Positions 28,470 through 37,174 of a stretch of 45,619 nt of DNA are shown here, one piece after another. This DNA is from Myxococcota bacterium (GTDB taxonomy: Bacteria > Myxococcota_A > UBA9160 > UBA4427). Location: positions 1 through 45,619 of the forward strand of contig JAYZFK010000091.1 of NCBI GenBank assembly GCA_036336835.1, read 5' to 3'. The position numbers and the translations under genes are program-made. Every line of letters starts with the position of its first letter. Positions within the stretch are counted from its first letter, which is position 1. The notes under the pieces are model-generated. The model saw only the letters and a program-made list of their open reading frames with translations, ran no database searches and was not told the DNA's origin.

Positions 28470-29927
28470 ATGCCGAGCCTGCAGCGGGAGAGCTTCGACG
28501 CGGTGGTAGTGGGTTCGGGGCCCAACGGCCTGGCCGCGGCGGTCTCGCTCGCGCAGCGGGGAGCCTCGGTCCTCGTTCTCGAAGCCGCCGACGAGATCGG
28601 CGGCGGCACGCGAACCGCCGAGCTCACGCTGCCCGGGTTCGCCCACGACGTGTGCTCCGCAGTCCACACGATGGGGATCCTGTCGCCCTGCTTCCGCGGC
28701 CTGCCGCTCGAGCGACACGGGCTCGAGTGGATCCGGCCTCCCGCGTCGCTGGCGCACCCGCTCGACACGGGGCCACCCGTGATGTTGTGGCGCTCGCTCG
28801 AGCGGACCTGCGCCGGGCTCGGCGACGACGCCCGCGCGTACCGCCGGATGCTCGAGCCCCTGCTGAAGGAGCCTCACGACTTGCTGGCCGATCTGCTCGG
28901 GCCGCTGGCAGCGCCCCGGCACCCGATGGCCTTCGCACACTTCGGGCTGCGCGCGCTGTGGCCCGCGAGCTGGCTGGCGAAGGCGTGCTTCCGCGGCGAA
29001 CGCGCCCGCGCGCTGTTTGCCGGCTGCGCGGCGCACAGCACGCTCCCGCTCGACAAGATGTTCACCGCAGCCCTGGGTCTGATCTTCCTGCTCGCGGGCC
29101 ACGTCGAGGAGTGGCCGGTGGCAGCGGGGGGCTCGGCTGCGATCACGCGCGCGCTCGCAAGTCTGCTGGGAGAGCTCGGCGGGGTGATCCGCACCGGGGT
29201 TCGCGTCCGCTCCGCCGCCGAGCTTCCCAGCGCGCGCGTGTTCCTGTTCGACACCAGCCCCGACCAGCTCGCCTCGATCTGCGAGCCGGCACTGCCGGAC
29301 CGCTACCTGCGCCGGCTGCGCCGCTATCGCTACGGGCCGGGCGTGTTCAAGCTCGACTGGGCGCTCGACGGACCGATCCCCTGGCGCGACGCCGAGTGCC
29401 TGGAAGCGTCGACGGTGCACCTGGGCGGGACGCTCGAGGAGATCGCCGCCAGCGAGGCCGCCATGTTTCGCGGCGCACACCCGGAGCGGCCCTACCTGAT
29501 CCTGTGCCAGCAGAGCCAGTTCGATCCCAGCCGGGCGCCTGCCGGCAAACACACCGGCTACGCCTACTGTCACGTACCCGGGGGCTCCGAGGTGGACATG
29601 ACCGAAGCGATCGAGTCCCAGGTCGAACGCTTTGCGCCGGGCTTCCGCGATCGGATCCTGGCTCGCCATGCGATGCGAACCGCCGACTTCGCCCGCTACA
29701 ACCCGAACTTCGTCGGTGGCGCGATCACGGGCGGCGTCGCGGACCTGTACCAGCTGTTCACACGGCCGGTGGCAAGGCTCGATCCGTACAGCACGCCCAA
29801 CCCGCGCATCCTGATCTGCTCGGCTGCGACGCCGCCGGGAGGCGGTGTCCACGGAATGTGTGGCGAGCACGCCGCACGCCGCGCGCTCGCACGCCTCGAC
29901 CGATTCCGGCCCGAGCCCCTCGGCTGA
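28470..29927 (+). CDS. NAD(P)/FAD-dependent oxidoreductase, phytoene-dehydrogenase-like family
   Basis: GSGPNGL, GGGTRTAELTLPGFAHDVCSAVH, RAPAGKH, SAATPPGGGVHGMCG. Confidence 0.88.
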   Translation: MPSLQRESFDAVVVGSGPNGLAAAVSLAQRGASVLVLEAADEIGGGTRTAELTLPGFAHDVCSAVHTMGILSPCFRGLPLERHGLEWIRPPASLAHPLDTGPPVMLWRSLERTCAGLGDDARAYRRMLEPLLKEPHDLLADLLGPLAAPRHPMAFAHFGLRALWPASWLAKACFRGERARALFAGCAAHSTLPLDKMFTAALGLIFLLAGHVEEWPVAAGGSAAITRALASLLGELGGVIRTGVRVRSAAELPSARVFLFDTSPDQLASICEPALPDRYLRRLRRYRYGPGVFKLDWALDGPIPWRDAECLEASTVHLGGTLEEIAASEAAMFRGAHPERPYLILCQQSQFDPSRAPAGKHTGYAYCHVPGGSEVDMTEAIESQVERFAPGFRDRILARHAMRTADFARYNPNFVGGAITGGVADLYQLFTRPVARLDPYSTPNPRILICSAATPPGGGVHGMCGEHAARRALARLDRFRPEPLG

Positions 29928-29953
29928 GACCGCGACGCCCGAGCACGGGCTCG

Positions 29954-30244
29954 CTACAGCGCGTCGAAGAACACGAGCTCGGCCTCCGCGAGGGTATCGC
30001 TCATCGCGAAGCTCGAGCCGGCGAACGCCTCTGCGATCTCCTTGGCGTCTCCCTCGAACTCGTAGATCGCCAGGTAGCGGAACTTCCCGCCGTCCATCAT
30101 CTGCGTGTCGGAGCGACGGAAGCGGTGGCAGGCGACGATCGGCGTCTCGCGGACCACCTCCGGAGCGTGAACTTCGTCGTACCAGCGGTTGAACTCCTCG
30201 TCCTTGCCCTCGGCACAGTTCGCGAAGACGATCGCCTTGTTCAT
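29954..30244 (-). CDS. Small EthD/DUF4286-like dimeric alpha-beta barrel protein
   Basis: EEFNRWYDEVHAPE and RYLAIYE motifs; SD GGGAGG. Confidence 0.8.
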   Translation of the reverse strand: MNKAIVFANCAEGKDEEFNRWYDEVHAPEVVRETPIVACHRFRRSDTQMMDGGKFRYLAIYEFEGDAKEIAEAFAGSSFAMSDTLAEAELVFFDAL

Positions 30245-30269
30245 CTGGCTGACCTCCCTTGGTTCCCGC

Positions 30270-30279
30270 ATTGTAGGAT
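30270..30279. promoter_or_regulatory. Overlapping back-to-back -10 elements (putative bidirectional promoter)
   Basis: ATTGTAGGAT = TACAAT on minus (30270-30275) and TAGGAT on plus (30274-30279), central in a 59-bp divergent gap with an SD on each side. Confidence 0.55.
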
Positions 30280-30303
30280 GCCCCGAGGCAGGGAGGACAG
30301 GCC

Positions 30304-31197
30304 ATGCATACGGACCTCACGGGCAGAACAGCGATCGTCACGGGTGCGGGAGGCGGGATCGGGCGGGCCACCGCCCATGCGCTGGCGAGGCTCGGAGCCG
30401 CGGTCGTCGTGAACGACATCGGCCGGCGGGCGGACGGCACCGCCACGGCGGAGATCGTCACAGACGAAATCCGCAACGACGGCGCGCGCGCAACCGCCAA
30501 CACCGACTCCGTGACCGAGTGGAGCGGCGCCGGCAACATCGTCGCCACCGCACAGCGCGAGTTCGGAAGCGTCGACATCCTCGTCAACAACGCGGGCATC
30601 GCGTGGTCGGGCGTCCCCTGGGAGATCGACTCCGAGACCTTCGACCGCGTCGTCGCGACCCACGTCCAGGGCTCCTTCCACTGCTCGCGCCACGCCATCG
30701 CGCCGATGCGCGAACAGCGCTGGGGTCGCATCGTGAGCCTGGTGTCGCGCGCGGGTCTCACCGGAATGCCGAACACGCTCCCCTACGCGGTCGGCAAGGG
30801 TGGTGTGCTCGGCCTGACCAACGCGCTGTCACGCGATCTCGACGGCACTGGCATCACCGTCAATGCGGTCAATCCCGCATCGACGAGCACTCCGATGGTC
30901 GCGGCCGCCATGGCGTCGCTCGACGAGATGGGCGAGGAGGGACGCAAGCGAAGCGCCAGCCTGCGCGCGCAGATGCAGACGCCCGAGCACGTCGCCGTGA
31001 TGATCGCGAGCCTGTGTCTGCCGGCCGCCGCGAACATCACGGGGCAGATCTTCCTGGTCGAGCACACGCGGATTGGCTTGTTCCAGCCCCTCACGGTCAC
31101 CCAGGATGTCGACCGCAACGAGCCGTGGACACCCGAGGCGCTGTGCGAGGTACTCGGGAAGTTCGAGCTGCACGGCCTGGACGACGCCTACAGCTGA
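30304..31197 (+). CDS. SDR family NAD(P)-dependent oxidoreductase
   Basis: TGAGGGIG, VVVND, LVNNAG, catalytic YAVGK. Confidence 0.93.
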   Translation: MHTDLTGRTAIVTGAGGGIGRATAHALARLGAAVVVNDIGRRADGTATAEIVTDEIRNDGARATANTDSVTEWSGAGNIVATAQREFGSVDILVNNAGIAWSGVPWEIDSETFDRVVATHVQGSFHCSRHAIAPMREQRWGRIVSLVSRAGLTGMPNTLPYAVGKGGVLGLTNALSRDLDGTGITVNAVNPASTSTPMVAAAMASLDEMGEEGRKRSASLRAQMQTPEHVAVMIASLCLPAAANITGQIFLVEHTRIGLFQPLTVTQDVDRNEPWTPEALCEVLGKFELHGLDDAYS

Positions 31198-31249
31198 GCG
31201 GCGAGAATCCCTCCTCCGTCCCGGGGCTCCGCTGGTAGGATGCGTCGCG

Positions 31250-32395
31250 ATGATCCGGAACCGATCGGCGATCGTCGGCATCGCCCACACCGAGTACGTG
31301 CGCTCGATCGGGCGCAGCGAGCGCGAGACGGCCCGTGAGGTCGCGCTCGGCGCGCTCGCCGATGCCGGGCTCGCGGCACGCGACGTCGACGGCATCTTCT
31401 ACGTCGAGGGCCAGGAGGGCGAAGCCACCGATCTCGCACGGCGACTCGGCGTCGATCGCCTGCGCGCCTGGTCGGCGACCTCGGGCGGCGGCGGTGCCGC
31501 CTGCGGTCCGGTGGTGCTGGCGGCGACGGCCATCGCGAGCGGGCTGTGCGAAGTCGCAGTGGCCTACCGCGCGCGCAACCGCGGCGCGGTCGGCGGCCGC
31601 CCGTGGGCACAGACCGCGGAGGCGGTCGCCGGCTGGGGCGCCTTCCAGGTGCCCTACGGCCTGGTCAACCCGGTGCAGATGATCGCCTTCACCGCCCGGC
31701 GCTACCTGCACGAGTTCGCAGCGCCGTCCGATTGCTTTGCGCGTGTCTCGGTCGCGCAGCGTCGCTACGCCAGCAAGAATCCAGCAGCGTATTTCCGCGA
31801 CCCGATCAGCGTCGACGATGTGCTCGCCTCGCGCATGATCGCCGATCCGCTCCACCTGCTCGAGTGCTGCCCCGAGAACGACGGCGCCTGCGCGGTCGTC
31901 GTCACCACGACAGAGCGGGCACGCGATTGTGCGCAAGTGCCCGCCAACATCCTCGGCGTCGCGCAGGGAATGTGTTCGCGACACGTGCCGATGACCAACA
32001 TGTACCGCGACGATCCGTGGATCTGGCCGGGACACGTTGCCGCGGCAGATCTCTACGCCATGGCGGGCATCGGGCCCGGCGACGTCGACGTCCTGCAGAT
32101 GTACGACATGTTTGCGCCAGTCGTGCTCTACGGGCTCGAGGCCTACGGCTTCTGCGGGCGCGGCGAAGCGGGCGATTTCGTCTGCGACGGGCACATCGAT
32201 GACGTCGACGCGAAGCTGCCGACGAACACAGCTGGCGGCAGCCTCTCGGAGGCCTACATCCACGGCTTCAACTTGATCCTCGAGGCGGTGCGGCAGATTC
32301 GCGGCACGTCCAGCAACCAGGTCGCCGACGCCGAGATCTCGCTCGTCGCGGCGGCACCGGTCGTGCCGACCTCGGCCGTCGTGCTGGGCAAGTAG
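31250..32395 (+). CDS. Thiolase-fold Ltp2-like protein (probable acyl-CoA aldolase)
   Basis: AIVGIA, NPAAYFRDPI, CCPENDGACAVVV, MYDMF, NTAGGSLSEAYIHG, EAVRQIRG; followed by DUF35. Confidence 0.85.
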   Translation: MIRNRSAIVGIAHTEYVRSIGRSERETAREVALGALADAGLAARDVDGIFYVEGQEGEATDLARRLGVDRLRAWSATSGGGGAACGPVVLAATAIASGLCEVAVAYRARNRGAVGGRPWAQTAEAVAGWGAFQVPYGLVNPVQMIAFTARRYLHEFAAPSDCFARVSVAQRRYASKNPAAYFRDPISVDDVLASRMIADPLHLLECCPENDGACAVVVTTTERARDCAQVPANILGVAQGMCSRHVPMTNMYRDDPWIWPGHVAAADLYAMAGIGPGDVDVLQMYDMFAPVVLYGLEAYGFCGRGEAGDFVCDGHIDDVDAKLPTNTAGGSLSEAYIHGFNLILEAVRQIRGTSSNQVADAEISLVAAAPVVPTSAVVLGK

Positions 32396-32404
32396 GAGGC
32401 CACC

Positions 32405-32857
32405 TTGGACCACCCCGGAATGGTCGGGCAGCGACCGCTCCCGGCACTCGAGCCGCACACCGCGCCGTACTGGCGCGCGGCGCGCGAGCGGCGGCTGATC
32501 CTGCAGCAGTGCACCCGCTGCCAGTGCGTACAGTTTCCGCCCGAGATCAACTGCACACATTGCGGCGCTAGCGAGACGGCGTGGATCGAGGCGAGCGGGC
32601 GCGCCCGCCTCTACACCTGGACGCTCTGCCACCCGCCCCTGCTGCCCTACTTCGCAGAGCGTGCGCCCTGGGCGGTCGCGGCGGTCGAGCTCGAAGAAGG
32701 CGTGCGCATGGCGACCCAGCTCGTGGGTATCGAGCCCGAGCAGTATGTCGTCGACATGCCGCTCGTCGTGGACTTCGAGCCGATCGACGACGAGCGCGCA
32801 TTCGTGATGTTCCGACCGGCGGCCGCCCCCGGCGTGTCGCCAACTGAGGAGGAGTAA
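32405..32857 (+). CDS. DUF35 Zn-ribbon/OB-fold protein (thiolase/aldolase partner)
   Basis: CTRC..FPP..CTHCG, SGRARLYTWT, VELEEG; SD GGAGG before TTG. Confidence 0.9.
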   Translation: MDHPGMVGQRPLPALEPHTAPYWRAARERRLILQQCTRCQCVQFPPEINCTHCGASETAWIEASGRARLYTWTLCHPPLLPYFAERAPWAVAAVELEEGVRMATQLVGIEPEQYVVDMPLVVDFEPIDDERAFVMFRPAAAPGVSPTEEE

Positions 32858-32860
32858 CCG

Positions 32861-33991
32861 GTGGAGCTAGGCGTATTCCAGGGAGCGTCGGTCGGCAAGC
32901 GGCCGTGGGACGAATCCGAGCCGCGGCGTCTGCGCCGCGATCTCGAGGTCGGCATCGCCGCCGACCAGGCGGGCTTCGACTACTTCTGGGCCCCCGAGCA
33001 CCACTGTCTCGAGGAGTACTCACACAATTCGGCTTCCCACTTGTCGTGCCTCGCGGTCGGCATGAAGACCGAGCGCATCAAGCTGGTGACGGGCATCTTC
33101 AATCTGTGCCCGACGATCAACCATCCCGTGCGCGTCGCCGAACAGATCGCCTACATCGACGTGCTCACCAACGGCCGGATCGAGCTCGGGACCGGCCGCG
33201 GCAGCGGCTCGACCGAGGTCAACACCTTCGGCATCGACGCCAGCGAGACCAGGGCGATGTGGGAGGAATCGATCCGAGAGATCCCGAAGATGTGGACGAA
33301 CGATCTCTACTCGTACGAGGGCAAGTACTTCTCGGTCCCCGAGCGCTGCATCCTCCCGAAACCGGTCACCCGACCCCACCCGCCGCTCTGGGTGACCGCG
33401 TCGAACCCCTCGACCGTCGAGACGGCGGCGAAGATGGGCATCGGTGTCGCGATGTTCAGCTTCAGCGCGCCCGAGGTCCTGCGTCCGTTGGTCGAGATCT
33501 ACAAGGAGACGATCGCAACCCGGTGCGAGCCGATCAGCGAAGTCGTGAATAACAAGATCATGGCGATCTGTCCGCTGATGTGTCTCGAGGACGGCGAGCT
33601 CGCGCGCGAGACCTACGCCAAGAGCATGGGCCTGATCGCCCCGCACTTCACCGTCTACTTCGACACCATCCCGCACAACTTCGAAAAGTTCGCCGACGAG
33701 CCGCGACCCGTCTCGCAGAGCCGTCTCCGCGAGCTGGTGCACCAGGCCGGCACGGACCCGGAGCTGCGCGGCCCGATGGCGATCGGCAAGCCCACTGCCC
33801 AGTTCTTCCACGAGAACGGCATGGCGGTCGGCAGCCCCGAAGAAGTGCTCGAGACCCTGAAGCTCTACCAGGCGATCGGGCTCGATCAGGTCGTCACCAC
33901 GCCGGGCGCGGGCTGGCACGACCCCCACGATCTGGTGATCGAGTCGATCCAGCTGGTGGGCAAGCAGGTGCTACCCGCGCTGCGGGACTGA
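32861..33991 (+). CDS. LLM-class flavin-dependent oxidoreductase/monooxygenase
   Basis: WAPEHH, HPVRVAEQIA, GRIELGTGRG, PKPVTRPHPPLW; SD GAGGAGG. Confidence 0.92.
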   Translation: MELGVFQGASVGKRPWDESEPRRLRRDLEVGIAADQAGFDYFWAPEHHCLEEYSHNSASHLSCLAVGMKTERIKLVTGIFNLCPTINHPVRVAEQIAYIDVLTNGRIELGTGRGSGSTEVNTFGIDASETRAMWEESIREIPKMWTNDLYSYEGKYFSVPERCILPKPVTRPHPPLWVTASNPSTVETAAKMGIGVAMFSFSAPEVLRPLVEIYKETIATRCEPISEVVNNKIMAICPLMCLEDGELARETYAKSMGLIAPHFTVYFDTIPHNFEKFADEPRPVSQSRLRELVHQAGTDPELRGPMAIGKPTAQFFHENGMAVGSPEEVLETLKLYQAIGLDQVVTTPGAGWHDPHDLVIESIQLVGKQVLPALRD

Positions 33992-35194
33992 GCCCGGCAC
34001 CGGTGGACGCTTGACGGGCGGGCGCCCGACCAGCAGGAGGGAGCCCGCGCCGACCGACAGGGCGCCGGCAGCCGCGATGATCGCCAGGGCGTAGCTTCCC
34101 GACGCTTCGCGCAGCGCGCCGGCCAGCGGCGACGCGAACACGCCGAGGGGCAGGATGAACAGGTTGGTCAGCCCGAGCGCCTGACCGAGGCTCGCGGACC
34201 CGAAGCGCTGGGTCAGGATCAGCGCGGTGAGCGTGATCACGCTGCCGCCGCAGGTGCCGAAGAGCACCGCGGCCGCGATCAGCCCCGCGTAGGGCGGCTC
34301 GCTGAGATAGATCCCCAACGCCACGACTTGCAGCAACAGCGCTATGAACAGCAGCCACTTCGGGCTCCAGCGATCGGCGAGGATCCCGAAGCCGAGCGTC
34401 CCGACGATGCCGACTCCGCCGCCAATCGCGGCGATGCGGGCGCCCTGGACGAGGTCGTAGCCGAGATCGAGCACGAAGTTCACGAGCTGCGCACCCCATC
34501 CCGTCCCGATGCCGGCCGCGATGCCCAGCGCGAGCGCGGTGCCCCAGAAGTCGCGCGTGCGCAGCAGCCGCGTACGCGTCCACACGCCGTCTGCGGTCTG
34601 CTCGGGCGTCGCAACCGCTTCGACCCGGCGCGGAATCGCCCACGCGATCAGCGGAGCCAGGAGCAGCGAGAGGCCGGCGAAGATCTGGAGCGCCAGCCGC
34701 CAGTCCCAGCGCGAGATGATCTCGCCCGCGAGCAGCGCGAACAACGCCGATCCCGCCGGCGGCCCCATGCTCGCGATGCCCATCGCGCGCCCGCGCGACT
34801 CGACGAAGACCTTGCCGATCAGCGACGAGCACGTGAGCGGGCCGAGCAGCGGCAAGGTGGCTCCGACCACGAGGCAGACGATCCCGAGCAGCGGGAGGGC
34901 TGGGGTCAGCGACGCCACCGTGAAGCAGGCGGTCATCGCCAGGCTGCCGCAGAGCATGATCCGGCGGAACTCGCCGCCGTCGATCCAGCGCCCCCAGATC
35001 GGCCCCATCAGGCCGAGCGCCAGCGCAATCAGGCCGACTCCCGCACTGACCTGGGTGAGCGAGGCATCGAACGTCTCGATGACGGGCGCGACGAACACCG
35101 GGAACGCCCCAAAGACACCGCCGACCGCGATCGCCTGCGTGGTGAAGAGGGTCGCGACGAGCGACCAGTGGGGTGTGGTCTTCGAGGGGTTCAT
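33971..35194 (-). CDS. MFS transporter
   Basis: 407 aa with about 12 hydrophobic helices; GRWIDG and GILADRWS motif-A-like loops; RGRAMG. Confidence 0.9.
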   Translation of the reverse strand: MNPSKTTPHWSLVATLFTTQAIAVGGVFGAFPVFVAPVIETFDASLTQVSAGVGLIALALGLMGPIWGRWIDGGEFRRIMLCGSLAMTACFTVASLTPALPLLGIVCLVVGATLPLLGPLTCSSLIGKVFVESRGRAMGIASMGPPAGSALFALLAGEIISRWDWRLALQIFAGLSLLLAPLIAWAIPRRVEAVATPEQTADGVWTRTRLLRTRDFWGTALALGIAAGIGTGWGAQLVNFVLDLGYDLVQGARIAAIGGGVGIVGTLGFGILADRWSPKWLLFIALLLQVVALGIYLSEPPYAGLIAAAVLFGTCGGSVITLTALILTQRFGSASLGQALGLTNLFILPLGVFASPLAGALREASGSYALAIIAAAGALSVGAGSLLLVGRPPVKRPPVPGSVPQRG

Positions 35195-35206
35195 TCGATC
35201 CGCCTG

Positions 35207-35235
35207 CCGGTTTGTCTCCGGTTCGTCTCCGGTTC
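35207..35235. repeat. Tandem 11-bp direct repeat (about 2.6 copies)
   Basis: CCGGTTTGTCT CCGGTTCGTCT CCGGTTC between the HAD stop and the MFS start. Confidence 0.7.
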
Positions 35236-35965
35236 AACCGGCGGTTGCCGCGGGCGCAGCTCCCGGCTTGCGAAAGATGCGCACCGGCCAGCGGCGCCGC
35301 ACGGCCGTGCGATACAGGCGCGGGTCGGGGTTGACCACGACCGGGTGGCCGACGAGGTCGAGCAGCGGAAGGTCGGTCACCGAGTCGGTGTAGAAGTAGC
35401 TGCGCGCGAGATCGATCCGATGGTGGTCGATGAAGTGACGCAGCCAGTAGACCTTGCCCTCTTCGAAGCAGATCGGCTCGATCACTCGTCCGGTGAGGCG
35501 GCCCTGCTCGACTTCGAGCGCCGTGAATAGCATGTGCTCGACACCGAGGTGCCTGGCGATCGGCTCGACCGCATAGCGGGTCGCCCCCGAGACGATCGCC
35601 ACGACGTGCCCGCTCGCGAGATGATCCTGCACCAGCGCGGCCGCCTCGGGATAGATCAGCTGCTCGATCTGCTGCTCGAAGATCTGCTCGGCCTCCGCTG
35701 CCAGATCCTCTTCGGTACGCCCGGCGAACTCCAGCATCGCCGCGCGCGCCCAGCTCTGCAGATCGAGGACGCCCGCCTTGTAACGCAGATAGTCACCGAG
35801 CCCGCGCAGCAGCTCGCGTGTGTCGACCTCGCCGCGCTGGTAGCGGACCTTCAGGTAGATCGAGCCCGAGTTCTCGGCGATCAGGGTCTTGTCCATGTCG
35901 AAGAAGGCAGCGACGCGCGAGACCGCGCGGCGGCCCGGCTCGAGGTGTACGGCCGACGACGTCAT
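35234..35965 (-). CDS. HAD-IB family hydrolase (SerB-like)
   Basis: FFDMDKT motif I, IVSG motif II, K motif III, YTDSVTDLPLL motif IV, VVVNPD. Confidence 0.92.
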   Translation of the reverse strand: MTSSAVHLEPGRRAVSRVAAFFDMDKTLIAENSGSIYLKVRYQRGEVDTRELLRGLGDYLRYKAGVLDLQSWARAAMLEFAGRTEEDLAAEAEQIFEQQIEQLIYPEAAALVQDHLASGHVVAIVSGATRYAVEPIARHLGVEHMLFTALEVEQGRLTGRVIEPICFEEGKVYWLRHFIDHHRIDLARSYFYTDSVTDLPLLDLVGHPVVVNPDPRLYRTAVRRRWPVRIFRKPGAAPAATAG

Positions 35966-36055
35966 GGGGGGAAGGGTAGGCGAGGCGCCCCAGCCCGGGC
36001 ACACCATCCCGAAACTCGTCCCGCCGGCGGCGTGGGCGACTCCATCGCGATCGCG

Positions 36056-37159
36056 TCAGAACACGTAGCGGCGCATCGAGATCGACAGCAGCAGCCCCAG
36101 ACACAGGCAGCTCGTGACGAGCGCCGAGCCGCCGTAGCTGAACAGCGGCAAGGGGACACCGATGACCGGTGCCAACCCCAGCACCATCGCGACGTTGATC
36201 ACAGCGGGCCAGAAGAGCACCCCGACCAGTCCGATCGCGAGCATCGCACCGAATCCGTCGCGCGAGTTGCGCGCAATCCACAGCCCCCACAGCAGCATCG
36301 CGAGATAGGTCACCAGCACGAACACGCTGCCAACGAAGCCCCACTCCTCGGCCAGGACCGAATAGGCGAAGTCCGTGTGCTGGGTCGGCAGGAAGCGCAG
36401 CTGCGTCTGCGTGCCGTTGAGCCAGCCCTTTCCGAGCATGCCCCCCGAGCCGATCGCGATGCGCGACTGCATCGCCTGATACCCGGAGGACAACGGATCG
36501 CGCGAGGGATCGAGAAAGTCGAGGACGCGCTCCTGCTGGTAGTCCTTCAGTCCGAAGTTCCACAGCGCGACCAGTCCCACCACCCCGACGGCAGCGACTC
36601 CCAGCCACGACCGCGGGCGCACGCGTACCAGCGGCACGTAGGTCAGCGCGACCAGCGTGGTGAGGACCGCGACCCCCATGTCCTTCTGGAGCAGGATCAG
36701 CCCAACCGGCAGTGCCGCGAGCAGCGCGGGGGGCCAGAGCTGAGCCAGGCGTGTCACCTCACTGGGCGGGTTGCGATGGAACCAGCGGGCAATCGAGATC
36801 ACCATTGCGATCTTCGCGAGCTCCGACGGCTGGAAGCGGCCGTCGAACAGCCAGGCACGCGCTCCGCGCAGCTCGGGCGCGAGCGCCAGCGTCGCGATCA
36901 GCAGCGCGACCACGAGGACGTAGATCACCGGGGCAAATCGCTCGAAGTGGCGGTAGTCGATGGCGACCACGATCGCGATCACGAGCCCGCCGAGGCCCAG
37001 CGCCGCGAGCTGTCGCCGGACCGTGTCCGTGAGCAGGGTGTCGTCGCCAGCGTGCGATGCCGAGACCAGGTTGACGATGCCGCAGACCACCAGCACGGCG
37101 CTCAGGCCGAGCAGCGCCCAGTCGAAGTTCTGGATCGAGCGACGATCGATGCCGAGCAC
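36056..37159 (-). CDS. rodA: Rod shape-determining SEDS glycosyltransferase
   Basis: GARAW, FQPSELAK, GYQAMQSRIAIGSGG, FLPTQHTDF, PVIGVPLPLFSYGGS; follows mrdA. Confidence 0.96.
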   Translation of the reverse strand: MLGIDRRSIQNFDWALLGLSAVLVVCGIVNLVSASHAGDDTLLTDTVRRQLAALGLGGLVIAIVVAIDYRHFERFAPVIYVLVVALLIATLALAPELRGARAWLFDGRFQPSELAKIAMVISIARWFHRNPPSEVTRLAQLWPPALLAALPVGLILLQKDMGVAVLTTLVALTYVPLVRVRPRSWLGVAAVGVVGLVALWNFGLKDYQQERVLDFLDPSRDPLSSGYQAMQSRIAIGSGGMLGKGWLNGTQTQLRFLPTQHTDFAYSVLAEEWGFVGSVFVLVTYLAMLLWGLWIARNSRDGFGAMLAIGLVGVLFWPAVINVAMVLGLAPVIGVPLPLFSYGGSALVTSCLCLGLLLSISMRRYVF

Positions 37160-37174
37160 CGCGTCTCCCCTCCC

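Noticed and set aside
28470..29927. Carotenoid biosynthesis (crtI) assignment
   Set aside because: No crtB, crtE or other carotenoid genes nearby; the motifs fit the broad uncharacterised phytoene-dehydrogenase-like family
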